The notes beneath the pieces are model-generated. The model was not told the DNA's origin. It made no database searches and saw nothing but the letters and a program-made list of their open reading frames with translations. A DNA stretch of 32,000 nucleotides from Haloquadratum walsbyi C23 (GTDB lineage: Archaea > Halobacteriota > Halobacteria > Halobacteriales > Haloferacaceae). Positions 27,468 through 32,000 of this stretch are shown piece by piece (position 1 is the first letter of the stretch; each line of letters opens with the position of its first letter). The translations under genes and the position numbers were made by a program. Location of the stretch: positions 2,580,001 to 2,612,000 of the forward strand of contig NC_017459.1 of assembly GCF_000237865.1 (NCBI RefSeq). Reading direction: 5' to 3'.

Positions 27468-29030
27468 CTATAAATTGCCTGTGGTGAGTGCTCGAAGAAT
27501 ATCACCATATGCGGGTCGAGTTATGAGGACACCAACAAGCACTCCCAAGATGGTGAAGATAGCGAATCCCTGTAAGTCTCCAAGTGATAGAATTGCAAGC
27601 GGTGACATTGCAATTATAGTTGTTGCTGCAGCCGCACCAATCACCCAGAAGGCGCGTCGAAATCGTGACTGGAAGACACGACGGGAGGACACCCCACCCT
27701 CTGCAAGCACCTCATCAGCAATAATCACAAGATCGTCAACGCCGGTTCCGATAACCGTAATAAATCCAGCAATGACGGAAAGGTCAAGAGGATACCCGAT
27801 CCCAGCGGCAAACCCAAGTAGGATTAATACCTCAGAAAGCGCAGTCACAATCATCGGTAATGCTACACGAGCATCACGGTAACGAAGGAAGACAACGCCA
27901 CTGACAGCAAAGACAGCGACGAGACCAGCCAATAATGAATCAGTTCTGAAATTTTCTCCTTGACTGGGCGAAATGAATGATGTTGTTCCGCCATCATCCC
28001 CAGTCAAATCCAGCTTTGCTGGCAATGCACCAGCACGGAGATTGATTGCAACCTCTTGTGCTTCCGATACATTTGCTGTTTGAAGCTGGAAAACTGGGTC
28101 TTGTGCCCATGATCCACCTCGAAGGCTATCAGCAAGTCTCGGAGCCATTCCGAAAGAGTTCGTGACCTCACCATTCACGACAAGCAGTAAACATGGCTCA
28201 GTGCTATTTTGATCTCGACTATATGTGCACCGGGTACCACCGGGTCGCGCAAGGGTGGTGTCGACAGTTGCTTGCTGAAATTCATTAGCGGCCGATTCCC
28301 GGACCGTGACAGGGACATATGCGCCTCCAGACTGTCCCTCCTGCGCAGATCCAATACTCTGGAAATTGTCCTGTTGCAATACAGTCTGTTGGGTATATGT
28401 ATTATCCTGTGGATAGTGCGCTTGCACTACAACGGTTCCTCGTTCACTGACGAGACTCCGAACAGACGCAGCATCTTCATTTGGGACCTCAATAAGTATG
28501 AAGTGACCACCGCCAGCAGTGGTGACTTCCTGAACTGTTCCGCCAGAAAGTCCTGCTTCGTTGATTTTGTTTTCAAGAATCCGGACTACTTCCTGTCGTG
28601 TCGTTTCCGTGACGCCTGTCCGAACCGTTGATGCTGTATATCCAGTTGATTCGAGTATGGACTGAAGTTCGGTAGTGCTCACTCCTTCGACAGTCACTTC
28701 GACAGTCCCTGTTGTCTCTGTGACTGGTCGAGCAATAACGTCTGCTGGTCCTGCACCGTCAATTGCAGTAGCAATCCTCTGTTCAACTTCACGCGCGTTT
28801 GCTGGCTCAAACTCAACCTCCTCAGCGGTCACTCCAACAAGTGGCGCACGAACTCGCGTTCCACCAGCAAGTTCAAGTCCATACTGCAGATTCGTCTGTG
28901 AAGACTGCTGTACAACAGCACTATTACTATTAGGACCACTCGAAAGTGTCGGCGACACAAGGGCAAAAAGTGAGACAATAACCACAACCACTAATAGAAT
29001 AATACGCCAGTTCTCTCGAAAATCAATCAT
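27468..29030 (-). CDS. secD: Protein-export membrane protein SecD
   Basis: N-terminal TM, a large periplasmic-type domain and a C-terminal six-TM bundle (LSVIAGFITVIGTGVDDLVIIADE). ATGA overlap with the secF stop. Confidence 0.9.
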   Translation of the reverse strand: MIDFRENWRIILLVVVVIVSLFALVSPTLSSGPNSNSAVVQQSSQTNLQYGLELAGGTRVRAPLVGVTAEEVEFEPANAREVEQRIATAIDGAGPADVIARPVTETTGTVEVTVEGVSTTELQSILESTGYTASTVRTGVTETTRQEVVRILENKINEAGLSGGTVQEVTTAGGGHFILIEVPNEDAASVRSLVSERGTVVVQAHYPQDNTYTQQTVLQQDNFQSIGSAQEGQSGGAYVPVTVRESAANEFQQATVDTTLARPGGTRCTYSRDQNSTEPCLLLVVNGEVTNSFGMAPRLADSLRGGSWAQDPVFQLQTANVSEAQEVAINLRAGALPAKLDLTGDDGGTTSFISPSQGENFRTDSLLAGLVAVFAVSGVVFLRYRDARVALPMIVTALSEVLILLGFAAGIGYPLDLSVIAGFITVIGTGVDDLVIIADEVLAEGGVSSRRVFQSRFRRAFWVIGAAAATTIIAMSPLAILSLGDLQGFAIFTILGVLVGVLITRPAYGDILRALTTGNL

Positions 29031-29902
29031 CGAGCGACCCCCTTGAATTTATACCAGCGAAGGAGACTCAGATTTAACAGATACGTATTCATTAAGTCAG
29101 CAATAAGTCCAAAAACGAGAACAGTGCCAATTGCAGCAAGAAGTTGAATACCGAACGCTGTCGCGACTGCTGCCATGACTGACATTGCAATAATTGAGGT
29201 AAGGGTCATTGTCACACCAGTTCGCATCGCACGATACGTCGATTCATAAAAATCACCAGAGCGTCGAAGGACATGATTGTTCAAGAGTATATCTGAGTCG
29301 ACAGAATACCCGATTATCATCAACAACGCTGCGACAGTTCCAAGCGAAAGTTCAATTCCCAGAACATTCATCAACGCAACCGAGATAACAATATCTGAGA
29401 ATGCAGAGACAACAACCGCAATAGACGGGACGAATACGCGAAACATCAAAAATACAAGCACACTCATTCCGAAGAAGGCAACGCCAACACCACCGAGTGC
29501 GAGCGTTTGTGTCGTTGCACCGAAACTCGGTGATACCTCATATGCAGACTGAACCGCAAAGCCTGCTTGTTCTGCTTGTCGTGTCAAATCTGTCACCGCC
29601 ACTCCGCTATTCCCATTTGATTGAAATGTGACGATATATGTATTCGCCGTTGGGACTGCTTGCACGGATTCTGGTTCAACACTAAACGCTTCGACAATCT
29701 GTGTTGTTGTTGCACCATCTGTCTCGACTGTGATTTCTGTACCACCCGTAAACGCAATACCCTGTGTTACTGGAGATCCGGTTAACACGTACCAGCCAGC
29801 GATAATAAGCAATGCCACCGCTAAGATTATGAGCGGAATGGCTACAAGCTGGTAGTTTGAGTACCGGGTATAATCAACTTCCGGTACAGTGAATTCAGCC
29901 AT
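29027..29902 (-). CDS. secF: Protein-export membrane protein SecF
   Basis: 291 aa with SecF topology and motifs (LGTVAALLMIIGYSVDSDILL). It lies upstream of and translationally coupled to secD. Confidence 0.9.
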   Translation of the reverse strand: MAEFTVPEVDYTRYSNYQLVAIPLIILAVALLIIAGWYVLTGSPVTQGIAFTGGTEITVETDGATTTQIVEAFSVEPESVQAVPTANTYIVTFQSNGNSGVAVTDLTRQAEQAGFAVQSAYEVSPSFGATTQTLALGGVGVAFFGMSVLVFLMFRVFVPSIAVVVSAFSDIVISVALMNVLGIELSLGTVAALLMIIGYSVDSDILLNNHVLRRSGDFYESTYRAMRTGVTMTLTSIIAMSVMAAVATAFGIQLLAAIGTVLVFGLIADLMNTYLLNLSLLRWYKFKGVAR

Positions 29903-30149
29903 ATCTGCCGTCGAGAGTCACAGCGAATAAACCTTTTTATAAAGAATCGAGAGGACGATCTGACTCGTGTTCATATTGAGTATAATGATACCGTCCAGTG
30001 ACGACTGTTCGATGTGGCAAGTGGGCGTGTTACAGCAATCCATACAAATAGGGGGTCAATGTTCAACGCGGTTGTGACATAGCGGATATATTAAGTTATC
30101 TAACTATTTGAGATTGCAATCGGTGAGTCAATAGCCTCGGGCGCGGTGA

Positions 30150-30370
30150 TCCAAGGCTTTTGTTGGTTCCCTCAGCTGTGCGCTAGCACTCCTTGCTCGG
30201 CAGTTCAAGTGGGACTCTGGCAAGCACCTGCTGGAGCGGCACCCCGAGATTCGGGAGGTGTATTTCTGGGGTGGTGGATTCTGGACGGTCGGATACTCCG
30301 TGGGAACGACGCGACGGAAGCGACGTCGGAGGAAGTGGTTGAACAGTATATCGAGGAGACGGAACACTAG
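30150..30370 (+). pseudogene. IS200/IS605-family TnpA (Y1 transposase) C-terminal fragment, 5'-truncated and frameshifted
   Basis: One frame reads ALLARQFKWDSGKHLLERHPEIREVYFWGGGFWTVGYSVGT. About 30303-30310 the sequence continues in another frame as NDATEATSEEVVEQYIEETEH followed by a stop. Together these mimic the ...LK......L...FP.L......LWS.SYFVGTVG..S.E.V..YIENQ tail of IS200 transposases. No HUH-containing N-terminal half lies upstream. Confidence 0.55.
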
Positions 30371-30480
30371 GTCGAGTGTCGGGCTTCACCCCTCATCCCT
30401 TCGCCCCCGAAGCCGATGGGTCGGGGAATTCGCCCTCGCAGGTCGGTAGAGATCACCATGACGGTAGGGTATCATGCCAG
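30371..30480 (+). repeat. Probable right-end hairpin region of the decayed IS200/IS605 element
   Basis: gggcttcacccctcatcccttcgcccccgaagccgatgggtcgggg contains the nested hairpins cttcg-cccc-cgaag and ggcttc...gaagcc. The catcc(c)t(t)cgcc.cc.gaag..gatgg motif recurs at 3338-3360, and more loosely at 10880-10915. Confidence 0.35.
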
Positions 30481-30489
30481 CGAGGCGTA

Positions 30490-30981
30490 TCATGGCATAT
30501 ACCGAACAGCGACAACACCGGGGGCTGAGCGGATCTCAATACGATTACCCTCTAATCGTGCCGCTCGTTCGCACAGCGTTACCTTATCATCAAGAATATC
30601 TGCAACCGCTTCAGTGGAGTTTTTCTCAGGGATCGTAATAATATGGATTTCCCCAGCACCAGCGCGGGGCTTACGCGTGATTTCCCCAACAGCCTGATTC
30701 GCAGCAATCTGTTTTGTGTTTGCTGTTGGGGGTTCTATGCTTGTTTCAATGTCAACTGTCCGTGTTGCTGTTATCTCTGTAAGTTCATATACCACGTGTA
30801 GCGGCGGCTTAGATTCGACAGTTCCATCAATGATACTTAATCGATCAGCATCAACAGCATCCTCCAGTGAATATACCTGCCCAGATTCCACATCTCTAAG
30901 AACAGTCGATGATGCATCTGTGGCTGTCACAAGAAACGTTGAGTCGTGTCGTGTTGGGTTTGCGTCAGCCGATTCAGGCAT
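30490..30981 (-). CDS. Hypothetical acidic protein (163 aa from the ATG at 30981)
   Basis: From MPESADANPTRHD onward the composition is halophile-like. The 50 upstream codons in the ORF track (MCSQPISVERNLTSSRREN...) look non-coding. Confidence 0.55.
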   Translation of the reverse strand: MPESADANPTRHDSTFLVTATDASSTVLRDVESGQVYSLEDAVDADRLSIIDGTVESKPPLHVVYELTEITATRTVDIETSIEPPTANTKQIAANQAVGEITRKPRAGAGEIHIITIPEKNSTEAVADILDDKVTLCERAARLEGNRIEIRSAPGVVAVRYMP

Positions 30982-31155
30982 ATTAATATATTGACTCCTG
31001 AGATGTTTTGTGGTTTCGATAAAAGTAAGAATAGAGATTTGGTTTGTTGTGGAAGTACAAGAAGAGATCCTCGCGTTTTCGCGCCGAGAGGATGTCAAAT
31101 TGCGTTCTACAGATATTGGCTGTGAACACAATGTTCAGTGCGTGTTTTATTCGAG

Positions 31156-31695
31156 TTATCGAAATAGTAAATACGCACCTGCGATGCACCCGGCGCCAAT
31201 TAATGGAACGACCCAAGAGAATTCAATTGGAATTGCGTACAATCCAGCAACAAGTGGTTCAAACTCTCCAGTTCCGGTTGCTGGTGGACGAGTGACCGTT
31301 TCATCATCAAGACTGAACGTTGCCGGCATTGAGGCGACAACGCCTAAATACAATGATACTAAAAATCCAAATCCAGCCACAGCAACAGCAGCTTCGAGTC
31401 GTTTCGAAGCTGTCAGTCCACGACGGTGGCGTCGAGCAATGGCAAGTGTCGGTGCGACGGCTGGGAGGATGATGAGCAACCCAACAACAACATAAAATGC
31501 TCGTGAGAGCGTAAGAGACCCTCCTTGAATACTTGCTGTCCGCCCAATCAAGACAACGAGTGCAACAATAATAAAAAGTGCAATGAATGCTGTCGCGACG
31601 CCACTGATGAGCACATATAATTTAAACAATCGCGATGTGCTCGCGCGGAATGCATACGGGAACGCACCCAGAAGACCATCATATCCAGTAGCCAT
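31156..31695 (-). CDS. Hypothetical four-TM membrane protein
   Basis: ATG start and four clear hydrophobic helices. No recognisable motif. Confidence 0.6.
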   Translation of the reverse strand: MATGYDGLLGAFPYAFRASTSRLFKLYVLISGVATAFIALFIIVALVVLIGRTASIQGGSLTLSRAFYVVVGLLIILPAVAPTLAIARRHRRGLTASKRLEAAVAVAGFGFLVSLYLGVVASMPATFSLDDETVTRPPATGTGEFEPLVAGLYAIPIEFSWVVPLIGAGCIAGAYLLFR

Positions 31696-32000
31696 TATCT
31701 GTATTTGAATATTATTAACCGTCTATATCTCTTATTCGATATAGCATAAATTCTGACCATATTGGCTATACAATTGGAAAATTCCTACTCACCAGTAGGT
31801 TTTCATCACCAATCAATACTGTACGCTAGATTTTGAGATAATATCATCTTAACTCTTTGAGGTTGATTTTCCATATCGTTTACATATAATTAAGAGGAAT
31901 AATTGAGGGTTTATTTATGAAGTAATTTATATTGATGCCCTGACTCTTTTATCCGGTGAATTATCTCATCATACGCACTGACTGTTTGGATGGTTCGTCG

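Noticed and set aside
30982-31131. 50-codon N-terminal extension of the 30490 ORF
   Set aside because: The extension is basic and Ser/Thr/Cys-rich and starts at a non-ATG codon. The ATG at 30981 is followed by typical acidic sequence.
1-32000. CRISPR arrays, rRNA or tRNA genes, and recognisable defence-system genes (Cas, restriction-modification, Argonaute, abortive-infection ATPases and similar)
   Set aside because: I saw no regularly spaced direct repeats, and no such protein signatures in any ORF of 60 aa or more. The two CPBP/Abi-family proteins are generic membrane proteases without defence-island context.

Overview
This looks like a chromosomal housekeeping stretch of a halophilic archaeon. 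The predicted proteins are very acidic, and the archaeal markers aIF5B, Nob1, Pus10, TrmY and SecDF are present. By eye the GC content is only moderate and the intergenic spacers are unusually long. That combination is best known from Haloquadratum, but I cannot verify the taxon. I support about 28 protein-coding genes: uvrA (5'-partial), infB/aIF5B, a PRC-barrel protein, nob1, two CPBP proteases, azlCD, a NUDIX hydrolase, an ASST-like propeller protein, a VOC protein, a YdjM-like membrane hydrolase, a CHY zinc-finger protein, trmY, a DUF4350/GldG-like protein, sppA, an ABC-2 exporter pair, aceA, pus10, rnhB, secDF and several hypothetical proteins. One structured RNA gene, RNase P RNA on the minus strand at about 16.1-16.5 kb, sits under spurious ORFs. 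I saw no tRNA, rRNA or CRISPR array. Several of the longer intergenic spacers hold decayed mobile-element material. This includes a ~370 bp element present twice in opposite orientation (7.2 kb and 24.5 kb), a dispersed GCCTCGGGGTCA / GAAGCCTCGGGGC hairpin motif family, a frameshifted 5'-truncated IS200/IS605-type tnpA fragment (30.15-30.37 kb), and two ~1.3 kb gene-decay zones (3.1-4.4 kb and 9.7-11.0 kb). I did not find a convincing novel multi-gene system such as a defence island. The best follow-ups are the repeat family as a possible TnpB-less omega-RNA-like MITE, trmY apparently lacking its start codon, and the RNase P RNA with an odd AT-rich 5' segment. All calls come from reading translations and motifs by eye; no database search was possible.
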